Translations under genes and position numbers: made by a program | Assembly: GCA_009602725.1 (NCBI GenBank) | Contig: WELB01000012.1 | Coordinates: forward strand, 866,619 to 930,618 | DNA: 64,000 bases | Direction of reading: 5' to 3' | Origin: Spirogloea muscicola | Taxonomy: Eukaryota | Part shown: in pieces, positions 42,023-55,660 of the stretch | Layout: each line of letters starts with the position of its first letter | Position numbering within the stretch: position 1 is the stretch's first letter | The notes under the pieces: generated by a model | Told to the model about the DNA's origin: nothing | Databases searched by the model: none | What the model saw: only the letters and a program-made list of their open reading frames with translations

Positions 42023-45000
42023 CTACAGGAACCCGAAAATGCTGTCGTACTGACTGACTGCCTCGAATGGCTGGCATTTTGCTGTGGTTGTTGAGGAAGA
42101 CCGATCTTGCAGCCCACTGAACAATTAAACGATGTCAGCACGTGCCTTGTGGCCAGTCGAAGGACAAGCAAGAGATCACTACATTTGCATCAAGATTTGA
42201 TTGACTGAAATTAGTAGATCACATTCAGCAAGGTTGTGCGAGATACATTTCACTATCCGATTTGTGATCTTTTACCTTACTAGGTGCAGCTTTTTACGCT
42301 TCCCACTAAGGAGCCTCCATGAGTCTGTTGCTGTCATAGGTGGACTACCTGCAGTAGTCATTTCGAAATCGAGTTAATCACCGCTGGAAGGTAGAGGCAG
42401 CAACCACATCTCTTTACTGAGTGTTCAAGGCGGGTCCCTCTCCAGCTCCCTCTTCCGTCTTTCTTTAACGGCATTCTTATCCAGCAGATAGAACGTGCAT
42501 ACAGAGGCTTTGTCAGTCATAGGGCCCAACGAACTCTTGAAAATGGATGGCCAATATTCGTCAACTTCAGCGGTCTCCTCGGCTCTGTTTCTGGCTGCCG
42601 CAGTGACATCGTTTACTGCAGCTGTCTCTCTTGTCACGGTCGAAGAGTGTGCTTGGCCGCGCTTTGACTCTTGCTTTGACATTGAGATTGCTTTGACAGG
42701 AAGACGTCCTTGATCATCAAATTCATTAGAGAGTGCCACCCTGGTGAGGAGCCCCTGAGGCGATGCACCTGCATTACTTCTTTCAGCTAAGCTGGAACGG
42801 AGCGGCCAAGTTAGTGACTTCCTGTTGACGCTGGGCTTGGAGTCCATGAACAACTGCGAGCACGTCTGCCAGAGGTCAAGGCCCACTGCATGCAGAAGAC
42901 GTATCTCGTTACATCAGCTTCAATACGAGCGTCAGATTCCTTAATCTGACTCAATTTCCTTGAGAACGTACAGGGGTCATGCAATACTTGCCGTAATCTT
43001 CTAGGATGAGGGCAGCAGTGGTGTTGTCAGTAGTACTGTGCCGCTGCGCTCCGGGAATCTTTATGATGTACGGGCTGAAAATGAAATCGAAAAGGTGATA
43101 TTATGGTACTACTTCAGATGTAATGAGGACTACCATGCATGCATTCAAGGTGGATCAAGGGAGGCTGAGCCAGAGATGCTGCCAATTGCACACTGGTCAG
43201 CGTTGACTGTAGATACCTTGCAAACTGCTCCAACCTAGATACGGATTGGAAGCTGAAGTCATGGCCAAGATCCATGGCAGCAGCTGTATTTGTTGCAGAC
43301 ATGCATGCATATCACAACTTGCTGGCAAGCACTTGTTGATTGAAGCAAGAAGAAAGTAGGGGTACCTCACCTTATTCGTTCATGAAAGAGAACAGTGTTA
43401 CTTCTCTCGTTGCCTATGATCTGTGTGGTGCGATGCATGACTTAGCCAATGCTGACAATTTTCAAGGTCGCCACTGCTGAATAAGGTCGCCTGATTTACA
43501 AAGATACAATGTGACAGCAAAAGCCTCTGGGTATGTCCTTACCAAATTTGCCGTGTGCCGCTTGCCTTGAGTGATCACAGGCACTGTTCTTGTCAAGATG
43601 ACCACATAATTGCACCTCCCACTATGATCTTCATTTGACAGCTCAAGCCGCATTTCAGGAGGCAGCATGTGCAGGGAGTCCTTAAGCTGGTCCCCAAAGG
43701 GGTATTTCCTACCAGTAGCCGATTCAAGTTTACGTGGATCACTAGTTCGAAGATCTGAGAAGCTACTGATTCCTGCCTGCAGAAGTGCCTGCACATAGCT
43801 CCACAATTGCGCAATTGCTTTGACAGAGGCATCATCAAGCGGACATAAGCACTTAAAATGCTGCAACATCTCAATGTTGGAGAAGTAGCGACTGCATTGT
43901 CACAGCATACTATCACCTTAGCAGTCGCCATGCCAACTCCACTCAGCTGTTTCAGCTGGTAAGGAGAGTCGTCCCACAGTCGCTGCTTAAGAGCCTTGGC
44001 CAGAACAAGGGAACTTATTGACTCCTTGTATAGTTTCTTGAAGAGATAATAATCGGCCATGCAATGTAGAATGCGAACACCATTCGTGCAAATGCTGCCA
44101 ACATCCTTCACAGTACAGCCAACACATATGCATGCGATTCTGCTGTTAGGTAGCAGAGCCCAATGGATAAGCCTTCACTACACCGTGGACAGCCTGACAT
44201 AACCGGATTATTTCTATCATCTCAGATGTGGAACCTACGCAGTCATGCTGTGAAAGAGATATGTTCTCCAGAAGCTCAGACCTGCGTCATTGTGAAGTCC
44301 AAGTTGGAAGGTTCTCCTGAGAGTACATCATTGATTAACAAGAAGATCTTCTCTTTGGCGGTCTGTATCCTTTTCTTCAATTTTCCATTTGGTGCCAACA
44401 CATGATACTTTATTCTTGATCCAGCTTCATTGTTGATGTCATTAAGCACCTTTTTCTCAGTCCTTCTCAATCTGATCCCTGCATTTAGATCTCGATATGT
44501 CAGGTTGTGCTAGAAGCGAGCAGACGGCAGGCTCAACACATGCACAAGATAGTAAGCGCACTCAGAAGCCATGGCGAACGTGTGAGTGGATTGGCAGGAA
44601 CCAACATGAGAGCTCCTCAGCTGCCGCAAGAACTTGAAGAAGATCTTCGATTGAACTATCTTTGGGAGCGCCAACGATCAGCTTCATTGTAGCGAATTTG
44701 AGATAGTAACGTGCCATGAGTTTGCCAGGCTCTGCAGAGCAGAAAATTTTGCAGCCCTTAATGACTTTCCTGCTTCGTGCTGTTTTCAGACATTGATAGC
44801 TTGTGACGTGTAAAAGGCAATGACAAGCTAACCTAGGGGCTGCATTGTATAGCCGTAGTCATCGATCGCAAGGAGGCCATACTTCCCAAGTTCTTTGATG
44901 TTATCTAAGCAGATGTCTGCATTGCAGCCAGATGAGTGAGGGGAGCATATCAAAAGCATGGCGTGGCATGGCAGCCTGAAGCTTCCAGTGCCATAAATTC

Positions 45001-48000
45001 GATGCAGGATAGCACTCGTTGCTTTAAAGAACGTGCCTTTCAGACACTTCTCCAGCTGTTCTGCTGGGAGGTTGGACTTGATTTTGTAGTGCTGAGGATT
45101 CTGCACAGAGCAAGGTGCAAGTAAGTAACTTGACCTCAGCTTACAACAGCTCAAGGTATATGCATGACCCAAGGCCATCAATTGTTAGAAAATGCAGTCA
45201 CAGGGACAAGTCAGGCCAAGCATCTGCAACAATTTGACGTAGTACAACATCTATGCTGCGTGCAATTATACACCAGCCTTGCATCACGTCTCACGTAGCA
45301 GGGCAAGGAGTACCGTTGTGCATACCTTCTTCACCCTGACATATAGATATGAGGATTTCAGCCAGTCAATTGCCAAGCTTGCATCAGAAATTGTCAGCAA
45401 GACAATCTCAGCATTTAGGTGCTCAGTGATACACCCAAGAAGCCTGCAGGGCACCAACTACTCAAGCTCAATTTCCTGGAGGCGAGCTCATTAGGCACAT
45501 CTTGCCGCCTAAAAATATGGTCTGAAGGCTCCGCAACGTGCTCACTCCGATTCTACAGGCTCGCTTCCACTAAGAAGGTGCTCATAAAGGTGGACCTGGA
45601 AGGCAGTTAATCGATGCTGTGTGAGGTAGAGTTCCTATGTACGGGAAGTCAAAATGCTAGGCCGCGATGGGGCCTGCCCATGAATTCATGTGTGGGTCTA
45701 AGCAGGTGAAATTGATCTACTCTCTTTACTTACTGTGTCTTTTCTAGTCATTATGACCACACACCCAGAGTCGTCAAATTGGGGACGCCCTGCGCGACCC
45801 GCCATCTGAATGCCCATTGCGCAACACAAGAATCGTGACGTCTGGTGAGTACCAGATTGAACATGGCTTGGCTGATGCGCCAAAAGCAAGATGGATCAAC
45901 TTTGTTGGAGGCATGTATTGCAGGCAGCTGAAGATAGCAGTGGAAGAACGCACATACCTGCAGCAGCATGGACCTTCCATACTCGACATAGCCGCCCTGC
46001 TCCTTATTGCTGCAGTCTTCAAAGGTTGGATGAGATACTGAAGCGACTGTCATGACAGATTCATACTGATGATCCAATATAGTGGGATGCAACATAGCAG
46101 GAAGGTGCCTCCCTTGAGGATGCATGAAAGCCAATCTTGTTAAATGCCATGAAGCACAGACACGAAAGGTAAGAGGCTCACTAGTACTGAGTGGACTTTA
46201 TGACAACAAGATGTGCTGGCAGATTCACCCCGTGAGCTAGGGTGTTTGTGGTACAAAGGACTTGGAGGTCAGCATTTCGAAAGAGGCCCTCGACCAGGTG
46301 CCTATCCCTGTGATCCATTCCCCCGTTATGGAAGCCCACTTCCTTTCACAAACGAGAAAAGCTTAGGACAGCGACATCTCATGATATTCTATATGCCAGA
46401 TCGTGCACTGACGCTTAAGGACTTTTGCTTTGCTTTGCTTAAGGACCTTTCACAATAGACCGTTCAATTGCTCCAACCAAAAGCAACTTCACCAATTGAC
46501 GAATAAGGAGGGAGGTTGGTTAGCTGGTGCTTACCACCACACCGTATGCATAGCTGCATCTGTTTGTCACTTGTGGCAAGAGCAGCTGCTTGAAGTAACT
46601 CATGATGGTACTGACTCTTGATGAAGCTGACTTGTGAACCTGGGCGCAGAACTTCTTCGGCAAGGTATAGTGCAGCATCCTGAGCTCCTTTCCTTGTGCT
46701 GCAGAAGACAAGAGATGGCTTGCCAGCACTGTGCTGCTTAATGATGTCTAAGGCACAGTATGACAAACGGATCTGCCTCTGTCAGGCCAGTCTCTGTTGA
46801 ACACGTCCACATATGTGGGAAGGTGTAATTTCTAGCTGCTAGCATGACAACGACTTAACAAGCATGCATTCATAGATAGCACTCTTATTGAAGCCTAGTG
46901 CACCTTCCAAAGCCCTATCATATGGAAACTTCTTTGATTCCGTTCACCTAAGAGAAAGTTTTGTAATTTCTGCAAGGTCATGAAAGATGAGTGTCAAGAG
47001 TGCATATTGTCGACTCATCTACGATATCTTGTCTCTAGGATTGAGAGCTCAACAAAATTCAACCCTCTTGCTTGGTCTAGAGTAATATCAAAGCAGGGCA
47101 AGGCCCTAAGACTCAACTCTACTTGCAATAGTCACTGTGTTGCTACAGACTCTCCTAATGATGGTGCCACTATACCTTCTCAAAGAAGTAGTCATTTCGA
47201 GCAGCAGAATAGCCTGTAATTATTAAGAAGCTACAAAGCGTCAGATCAGAGCGAAAAGAGCTGTTGCTACGTACAAGCTCATTATTCAATGCTCATCGAG
47301 GTGAATAGAAAGAAATGAACAAGTTTTTCTGCAATACGGAAAGCTACAAGTGGTCCAAGCACCTAGTACTCTTGTGACAAGTTGGACAGGCCTCGTCTCC
47401 TCTCCAAACCTGCACTCACAGGTGTGTGATGAAATAAGATTCAGACATAGTGGACTGCTGCACAGCTGACATGACAGAGCATCAGCTTGGAGCAAATTCG
47501 ACTGCGTCTGTGGGACACTACTTAATCACTGGCTGGGTTTCAGAAAGTGGCTGCAAATCTGTCCTGCCACATTTGAGATGCAAATGCACATGCGACGCCC
47601 ATCTAAGTGGTGCCTCAGCTCGTAAATGACCTACTTGCAAAGGCCACTGTGATCAACTTGGAGCCATTCTCCTGCAGAATCTCAGACAATAAAATGCTCC
47701 AGTCAATGTGGACAGCAGGCGCGAGCACAGCACATTAGAGGCATTGATCCGATGCAGTATCACGATGAGCATCTTCCTTCAGACTGAACGGTGAGAGCCA
47801 CAGCTGTGTCCTTCCTGGAGCTTGGCTTGAGTTATACAGACTTACTGACCTACATCTTCGATATTGGGAATGGTGGCCGACACTGCCATAAATCTTACAC
47901 AAGCTAACTGTGTCTGTCGCATCTCTGGGAATCTGGCCAACATCTTTATGCGGCTAACCACAGCTTCAAGAGTTGCACCACGGGATTCGCTGAGTAGGTG

Positions 48001-49360
48001 CACTTCATCAATAAGGAGGAGGCCAATATCAGCAAAGAAGCCCAAGCCTCCGCGATCCCTGTGCTTCCTGCTGATGGCATCAAACTTCTGCATTTACAGA
48101 TAGATGTTATAGCACGTACTCATGGCATTCCTAGGAAGGTACAGACTGTCAGAGGAGCACTGAGTAGGAGTGGTACCCTGCTATGACATTGTCAGATGAG
48201 ATACGACACTCTTATGATATATTATGAAGACGTTTACGTGTGACGTGTATTATACAACACAGGACATATGCTTTATGACGCGTGACTCGAGATATCACGT
48301 ATGGATATTAATCATGAACCTTGGAGAAGGATGTGTGAAGTTTGAAGCATGACGCATGACAAATGACATTAGATATTTCACATGACAAATATTTGTGTCG
48401 CCTGACTTATGCTCATGCTCATGGTGAGTATAACAGTGTTCCGAGACGCGGATGCCATATGAGCCACTGTTTAATCACCTCTGGCGTTGTGCAGATAATG
48501 TCCGCATCTTGAAGTTCTGCTAGTGTTGTCTGATCACTATCTCCAGTGAGCTCCTGACATCTCAATCCAAGAACCTTGCCAAATCTGCTACTCCAGTCTT
48601 GTTGTCGCTCCTGTACAAGTGCCTGTACGGATTGCAGACACTAGCAGGTTTTGCAAGTCTTCTTGACAAGTAATCACTTTCAGCTGCAAGTGTGAAGTTC
48701 TGAGAAGAGTCAGCATGCTTCGAGTCGATACATGTCATGCGATGATCTTACTTTCAGTGGTGCAATATATACTGCCTTCAAGCGTCCTGAGCACCTCAGG
48801 AATTCCTCATCACATGTGACATGTGCTCGTAGAAGCCTCAATACGGCGAGCTCAAATAGGACGGTCTTCCCACTGCAATCCTCGAAGAGACATGAGATGA
48901 CGCACAGACTTGACTGAACCTTGTACACTAGAGAAAATGCGCCAGCCCCTAACACATACTAACAACTTGGACAACCAGTACAGATGATCTTAATCAGGCA
49001 GACTGGTACTCCTTGCCTGCCAGTCGGAGAAGATACAACGATGTTCTGGTCTGATTGAAGCACTGAGGCAAAGCTCTCACTCTGTACAGCATTAAAGTAT
49101 CTGAAGGCACATCCATGATGTTCTTGTCATCGTACAGCAATGACCCCCCCCTTTCGGAATGGAAAACCAGAGATGTATACAACTTTCAATACGGCTCGGC
49201 TGAAGCCGTACGTTTCACTGTCTGACGAGGCTGGTGCTCATTCGCCTTTGCCAAGTGGACTCGTACGAGTCATGTAGCCAAAGTAATACCTGAACGTAAA
49301 TAGGGGCTGGTAGCACCGGGGGAGCTCCTCCACCGCTCTCAGCTCGACGTCGCTCGCCAT
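42023..49360 (-). CDS. MER3: Meiotic DExH-box helicase MER3/HFM1 (ROCK-N-ROLLERS), multi-exon
   Basis: [140 protein letters not shown] Sec63 region ([16 protein letters not shown]) follows. C-terminus ...YDSIFGFL* with stop at 42023-42025. Confidence 0.95.
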
Positions 49361-50014
49361 CGATGCACCTGGCGGCTCCTACAGCCGCTTCTTATATATC
49401 AGCAGCCTCAGTCTTCGATGCGCGGCGGTCCCAAGTCCAAGCTGCAATGCGGCAGACCTACGGCCTGATCAAGCCTACAAAGCAGCCATGCGCAGGGCTG
49501 CGAATGCGGCGGCAGTCGAGGCGCGGCGCTCTGCCCGCAGCATGTGCATCCGTCTCGTCGGGGCGCTTGCGCACAGCGGCTGGCAGGCCGGCCCGCTCGC
49601 CTGCGGCCTGTGTCGCCGGCTCGAGCAAATGTCGACTGGCAGCTCGCAGAGGGGCGAGGGGGCTCCTCCTGCCTCGGGACCAAAATCGCACCGGCCACGT
49701 GGCGGCGGCCCCAGCCGCTCCGGCCGACGACCGGCCGGGGCCTGCCCCGCTTCGGACGACGCAGTCCCCTTTCAGGAACTTCCTTTGCTGACACGGGGTT
49801 ACTAAGAGCGCCCTGGCTGTCTAGCCTGTGGCTCCGTCATGAACACCTGTATGCATCTGGCTGGCTTTCACAGCCGCTCTTTTAATATCAGCAGCCGCTT
49901 TCCACAAAAAAAAGAGAGAGAGAAGGCGCGCAATGCGCATGAAATTGAAAGGGAGGCCAATTCTGGCCTTACAGATGTCCTGTTAACTGGGTAATGAGCT
50001 GGCTAAGGGGGACA

Positions 50015-50542
50015 CTAATATCCCCGAGTGAGCACATTCATCTCTGAAAAGCTATACTGAGGCGCCAAACCACCACCACGGAAGCCATTAGCCTGGGCTA
50101 ATGCACGACCAGCACGCTGGTGTATCGCGAGTGCCTGGGAGCGCTGTAGACTCACTGATAGCCGCATTCTACAGCATGCAACGATGGCTTGCGGGACGCT
50201 AGGATGCCCTAAGCCCGCCCGACTACGTCGGCGGGCGTCGACATGCAGTGCCAGGCAATGGAGGAGGGAAGACCACTTCGTTCCGTAGCCGCAGTATATG
50301 ACCATGGCGCATGGGAAGTGGTCGCCCCAGGGGTGGTCATTATAATGCCTCTCCTTCTTCCTCTCCGCATGATGTGTCGCCCAACCTGGCACAGTCGGTG
50401 TGGGTGCCCCCGGTTGGAATGCGTCGATGAGAACGACGTCGAGGAAAAGACGAGGCCCACCACTCCCGGGGGTGGCCACCACATCCACACGCCTGATGTA
50501 AGGCCTGCCACGCTTCTGGAGTACCGGCATGATGCCCGGCAT
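50015..50542 (-). mobile_element. C-terminal restriction-like endonuclease (RLE) region of a CRE/R2-type LINE
   Basis: RRVDVV...LFLDVV (PD..D type), AERKKERHY (K..Y motif), RMRLSVSLQRSQALAI. Intronless. Confidence 0.8.
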
Positions 50543-50640
50543 TCAAAGGGGAGAGAGAAAAGCGCGCGGTGCGCTTGGGATGAAAGCGTGGCCATTCCAA
50601 GCCGATACATTGTTCAGACAAAAACTAGCCCAAAGAAAGG

Positions 50641-51070
50641 GGGTCTTGTCGACCCGTCCAACGACCACTGCTGGAGCTGCGGGATGAGAGGGGCAGAAGC
50701 AACGGAGGAGGGATGGCACGGGTGGGTATGAGGGCCGGAGAAGCCAATGAGGGCCTTGACGACCAGCCCTCAATCCACGGCTGGAGCCGCTCGAGGAGGA
50801 GGGCAGCAGCAGTGGCAGGAGGGATGGCGGAGGGGGGAAGGAGGGCCGGAAGAGCCGATGAGGGCCTTGACGATCTGTCCTTCATCCACTTCTGGAGCCG
50901 CTCTAGGAGGGCAGCAGCAGTGGCAGGAGGGATGGTGGAGGGGTGAAGGAGGGCCGGAAATGTTGGTGAGGGCCTTGACGACCTGTCCGTCACCCACTCC
51001 TGGAGCCGCTAAGGGGTTAGGGCAGCAGCAGTGGCAGGAGGGATGGCGGAAGGGGAAGGAGGGCCGGAAA
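50641..51070. repeat. Tandem minisatellite, ~110 bp unit x ~4
   Basis: Units begin GGGCCTTGACGA at ~50751, 50862 and 50970, with a degenerate one at 50641. Each contains CTGGAGCCGCT...GGCAGCAGCAGTGGCAGGAGGGATGG...GAAGGAGGGCCGGAA. Confidence 0.9.
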
Positions 51071-51369
51071 AGCCGAAAGAGAAGGCGCGCGGTGCGCATA
51101 CTTCAAGCGGCTGCTGATATTAAAAGAGCGGCTGTGAAAGCCAGCCAGATGCATACAGGTGTTCATGACGGAGCCACAGGCTAGACAGCCAGGGCGCTCT
51201 TAGTAACCCCGTGTCAGCAGTAGGAAGTCAGATGAGCTGAGGAACGGAAGGGAGGCCAAAGTGCTCCAACACACTATTTCGGCAACTAGCAAAGCGTGGG
51301 GCTACGTGAAGGGAGGCCTTACGCTAAGGTTGGCTGTATCAGTACGAGATCAGGCTGAAGGGGGGGGAC

Positions 51370-51530
51370 TCCAGTACCCACGACTGAGCACATGAAGATC
51401 CGACAAGCTAACTTGGGGAGCCGAAGCACCGCCACGGAAGTCAGTGGCATGAATTAGAGCACGCTGATGGGTAGCCAAAGCTTGGGAGCGTTGGAAATTA
51501 GCGGAAGCCGCATTCTGTAACATGCAACTG
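51370..51530 (-). mobile_element. Second short RLE-LINE 3'-end remnant
   Basis: FQRSQALATHQRA..DFRGG..APQVSLSDLHVLSRGY parallels LQRSQALAIHQRA..GFRGG..APQYSFSEMNVLTRGY of the 50015-50542 copy. Confidence 0.75.
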
Positions 51531-54274
51531 ATGCCTGTAGACTGATAGTGTGCCCCAAGCTGGCCCCCAGAATGCACTGGATCACTGCATACAGTACTGA
51601 CTGCCAGCGAGTGGATCACGTATCAGCTGAAAAGCTGATATCCCATCAGCTGAAAAGTAAGCGGACTTTGTACATGCAGCCAAATGCCAGCCCAGCGGGC
51701 AAGCTCATCACATGGCTACACTATCCAACTAAGTCTTGAAAGTATGTTCTTTGTGCAGTGCCAGCTGGCCTCTGCGTGTGCCATCTGTGCAACTACGTCA
51801 TGAGACAAGTCTGTCTTTCTCTTTTGAAATATATGAAAAGTGTCCACATGCTATAAATCTTAGTTCTCAAGATCTGTTAGCAGATTTGACCGTAGAACGT
51901 GTATCACGCATGCTCGTCAGATCCTGGGATTACTACTGCACCAACAGCTCAATGTCTGCGGTGACTGGAGACTATCAGCAGCATGCTCCATCCTTGACTG
52001 AAGCTAAGCTGACAGCAATCAAGTCAATTAAAGAAAAAATTGAACTGCAAGTCAGATTTGGCCTCAGCCGTAGGTTGGTGAGCAGAAGCCTATCTTTTGT
52101 GCGGGGCTCCTTTGCAGGTAGATCATTTCGTGTAACAGCATCTTACAGGGATCCAAATGACGACAAGCAGGAGCTGACTTCATAGGCACATGAGTAGAGC
52201 CACTGACTGCAATACACTCGGTCGGGTGACCAGCATCCAGCTCATTGACGTATGTGTCCATTCTTGGCGGAACGAGCATACATCTCATTCATCTTTAGCC
52301 CTTAGACTATAACAGTCATATTTGCCATTGCCAGCCACTACCAGTCGTTTTATGGTCGATAGCTGTGCTGAAGAGGACTCAGCTTTGATACGTACTCTTG
52401 GAAGTCGCACCTGAAACCATAGCACTCATTCATGAGACTTCTGCCCGCCTGGACACAGGCACTGTGTCTAATCCCAACACTAGTGGCAACGTGATGCTGG
52501 GGCGCATATGAGAGCCTTGTGCCTCGACAATGACATCGTCCTAAGGGACTCATGCAAAGACGACCAACCATTCAAGCCAGAAGCGAGTACCTATATGTGT
52601 GCCCAACCTACAAGCCCAACATATGCTGGCATGAAGCAGATCCAGAGAATCTGCTAGTGTCTTCAATGAGTACATTCGCTTTCTCATAGGAGCTTGTATA
52701 CACTGCCGCATGGAGATATCTTGAGTTTTCCTGCTGCACATTCAGCAGCTAAACGCATACCACAACCCACTCGTGCATTGACCAAAGCAGGTCAATCTGA
52801 CCCGCATTTACCGAGTCATCCATCAGGTCGCTGGTGTAGAGAGTACACTATCCAAGGGCTTACTGCTATTTTCGTTAAGCTGCTTATTGTCACGTTGAGT
52901 TTATCTTGGCAACCAAGCGTCTTTTCCTCAGCTACAGCGTTGCCTTCATGCGGCTATGAGCAGCTTGTGCAGCACTGCAAATATGTGAACAAGAAAGCTG
53001 CCAGCATCAATCACAGACACTACTGATAGCCTGAGAGCAGACTAAGACGTTCTCCACGGCCAAGGTAATGCAGCTTGTACCTAGGCTCTTGCCAGCTCTC
53101 CAGATGAGATTAATCAGCAAACTGTGTCTGCACTTTGTACCTATAATACTGCCAGAAGCAGTAAGTTGCTGTGTGGAAGCTGATCATTGTCATATAGTGC
53201 GCATGCAGAAGACCGCTGCCACTTTGACTTCTCTCTCGTAGGCAATGTGCAGAGGGCGACCCAAGGCTAGGACACCGACCAGCTTGTTAACCTGCCCTCT
53301 CAGCAATTCGGAAATCACCAACTCAACAGAAATGCCAGCAATCCTGTATGACATGGCACAAGGTGCAGTCCTTCACGAAGCTCCCTACCACATCAACATC
53401 TCTCTGCATCAAGGACATGGCTCGCCAAATAAAGATCTCTATTTTGGGGGTAAACAGACATTGTTCTCATCTCTCTCTGCTTCGTACCTGCCAATCTGAC
53501 TATGCATGCCTGCCCTGTACAGAATTTCATACGCACATGAGGAAACTACTAAATGCGTCAGGAATATCCTCTTAGCATATCTCAGACCCACTGCAAATAT
53601 GCCTACCCCGATTTGACCTGAAAAGAAAGCAATGGCAAGTAATTCAGACCAGTCCTCCCAAAGGCCTGCAAAATGAACGTGTGCCAGCAGAATGCAAGCC
53701 TGAAATATTGAATGCTTGCACTGGCTGAACCAGCATATTAGGATGATCTGAATGTGCTTGAGCAGACACTACTTCACAGGATGATCGCGACATGGACCCA
53801 TGAGGTCATCCAAATGCTGTCCTGCTATCACAGGCCACGCCTGGGGCCCTGTGCCTTACACGACCTCCGCGAGGTAAAGGGTCCCCTCTCCAAGGCCAGT
53901 GCTATGTGTTGCGAGGCTTGAAGAGCGCGGTCGCTGGGATCATCAAGGGCTGGCATACTGGAGCCTCAGACCTACCACCACGTAAACGAGGAGAGAAGGC
54001 AGCGCAGTCGAGTGATTGCAAGCGCCAAGGCAGCATTGCACCTGATGGCTGCAAAGGGGGATTCTTCAGGCAAAGGCCAATATAAGAGAAGGTGGCGTCA
54101 CTACCCGTATAGAAGTCTCATGAGCATGAGCTCAAGGACAGGATTGCTGGCTCACTAAGCCGCACTGTGAGCCTTATCTTGTCATTGCTCAATCGCCTGT
54201 TGGCCGTGCCGGCGCTTGCCAGCCATGGTGTCCGCCACAGCGTGGTGGCATTGAGCAGCTATTGGCCACCACTT

Positions 54275-55477
54275 TCATAATATTGTGCAGCCCCCGCACT
54301 TGTTCGTCTTTGGAGCATCCGCCTGCTGCTGAGCTGCAGCACCTCAAAAACAAAAGACAATCCAACACAACTGACAATCAGTGATGGGGGTCTGTGCAGA
54401 CAAGACTTTAGACCTGTGCTGTAAGCCCTCCTCTAAAGCAAGCGTGCCGCCGACAGTAAAGGGGAGGTTTGCAAGCACAACTCTCCCTGCCATAACATGA
54501 TTCAGCACATAACTTGCTGAGTGGAGAAACAGGTCCTAAAAAAAGTGGGCGTTGATGTGACATGACACCACGTGAAATCTGGCTATATGTTCTTCGCTGG
54601 CCAGGTCAAGCGTGTGCCAGACATGGAAGGGCATGCAATTTGCAGAAAAGCAGGCAGTGGAGCCACTCACACTGGACTTTGTCTGCCGAGGGCGGCCGGA
54701 CGACGACGTGCATTGTGAGTACAACGCCCGGGAACTCGCCAGCAGGAACCCGCGTCTCCTGCAGTGTCTTGGTGTTTTCCAGGATCTTGCCAGCGTTGAT
54801 CAGCTTCAGGTCGCTCACCGACTTTGGTGCACCCGCTTTCTCTGTACGACCGCGTATGAGGAACAATGGCTGTCAGTCAAGTTATGGCAAAAGCGGGTTC
54901 TCAGCAGAACTTAGAAGGCTTCTGGGATGCTGTTGAGACAAGAGGGCTTCAGGCAGTCCGCCCCAATAGCATAACCGCATGCCGCTGATGCTGTTGCCAA
55001 CAGTGCCGCATCGGGCCACAACGCCACAAGCGAAGCCGGCGGATGCCACAGCGACCAAGTAAGGTGGGAATGTGGCCGCTTCTGCCTAGGGCCTCCTGGC
55101 GACACGGAACGCTAACGGGGAAGCTCTGCAGGACCTGCCGTTTGCAAACCCGGCTACGATAGCCAACAAAGCCGGTGCAAAGGGGAACCGGGGTGACACC
55201 GCTGTCACTGCGGGCCAACCCAACAGAGCCACATGGCCACGCCGCACGCTAGTTGGCGCAGAAGCGGCGGCTGGAGGAGTCCAACGAGGTGGCCCTGACG
55301 GCGGGGCGGGGGCTCTGTCGCAGCCAGGGACTGACCTGAGGGCCACTGGGAAATGATGGACTCCTTGAGGGCCTGCACGGTGGTGGCGGGCGCGAACTTG
55401 GTGGGCCCGATGTCCGTCCCGTCGTACAGCCGGAACTTGATGTCCACCGCCTCGTCCGTCGCCACCGCCGCCGCCAT
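54275..55477 (-). CDS. MUB: Membrane-anchored ubiquitin-fold protein (3 exons, CaaX end CTIL)
   Basis: DIKFRLYDGTDIGP..TVQALKESIISQWP | KLINAGKILENTKTL..TMHVVVRPP | last exon ...KTNKCGGCTIL* (stop 54275-54277), a prenylation motif. Confidence 0.93.
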
Positions 55478-55570
55478 GGCCGCCGCTCGCCGCTCCCTCG
55501 GCGGACGGTCAGAGGGGGGCGGGGAGTCGAGCGCACGCCGCTCAGAGCGTGCCGGCGGCGGCGGCCGCGG

Positions 55571-55660
55571 NNNNNNNNNNNNNNNNNNNNNNNNNNNNNN
55601 NNNNNNNNNNNNNNNNNNNNNNNNNNNNNNNNNNNNNNNNNNNNNNNNNNNNNNNNNNNN
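55571..55660. other. Assembly gap (90 N) in the GC-rich MUB/RPP30 intergenic region
   Basis: Run of N. Confidence 0.99.

Larger units (their letters stand above)
49786..51219. repeat. Perfect 115 bp inverted repeat (49786-49900 / 51105-51219) enclosing retroelement debris
   Basis: Base-by-base comparison shows an exact reverse complement over 115 bp, extending ~8 bp more with one indel. Confidence 0.92.

Noticed and set aside
50641..51070. Regularly spaced repeats considered as a CRISPR-like array
   Set aside because: The whole ~110 bp unit is repeated with no unique spacers, there are no cas-like ORFs, and the context is eukaryotic. It is a minisatellite.
51736..52185. 149 aa ORF between MER3 upstream repeats and MUB
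   Set aside because: Non-ATG start, no recognisable motif or supporting exon chain, and not the missing PheRS exons.
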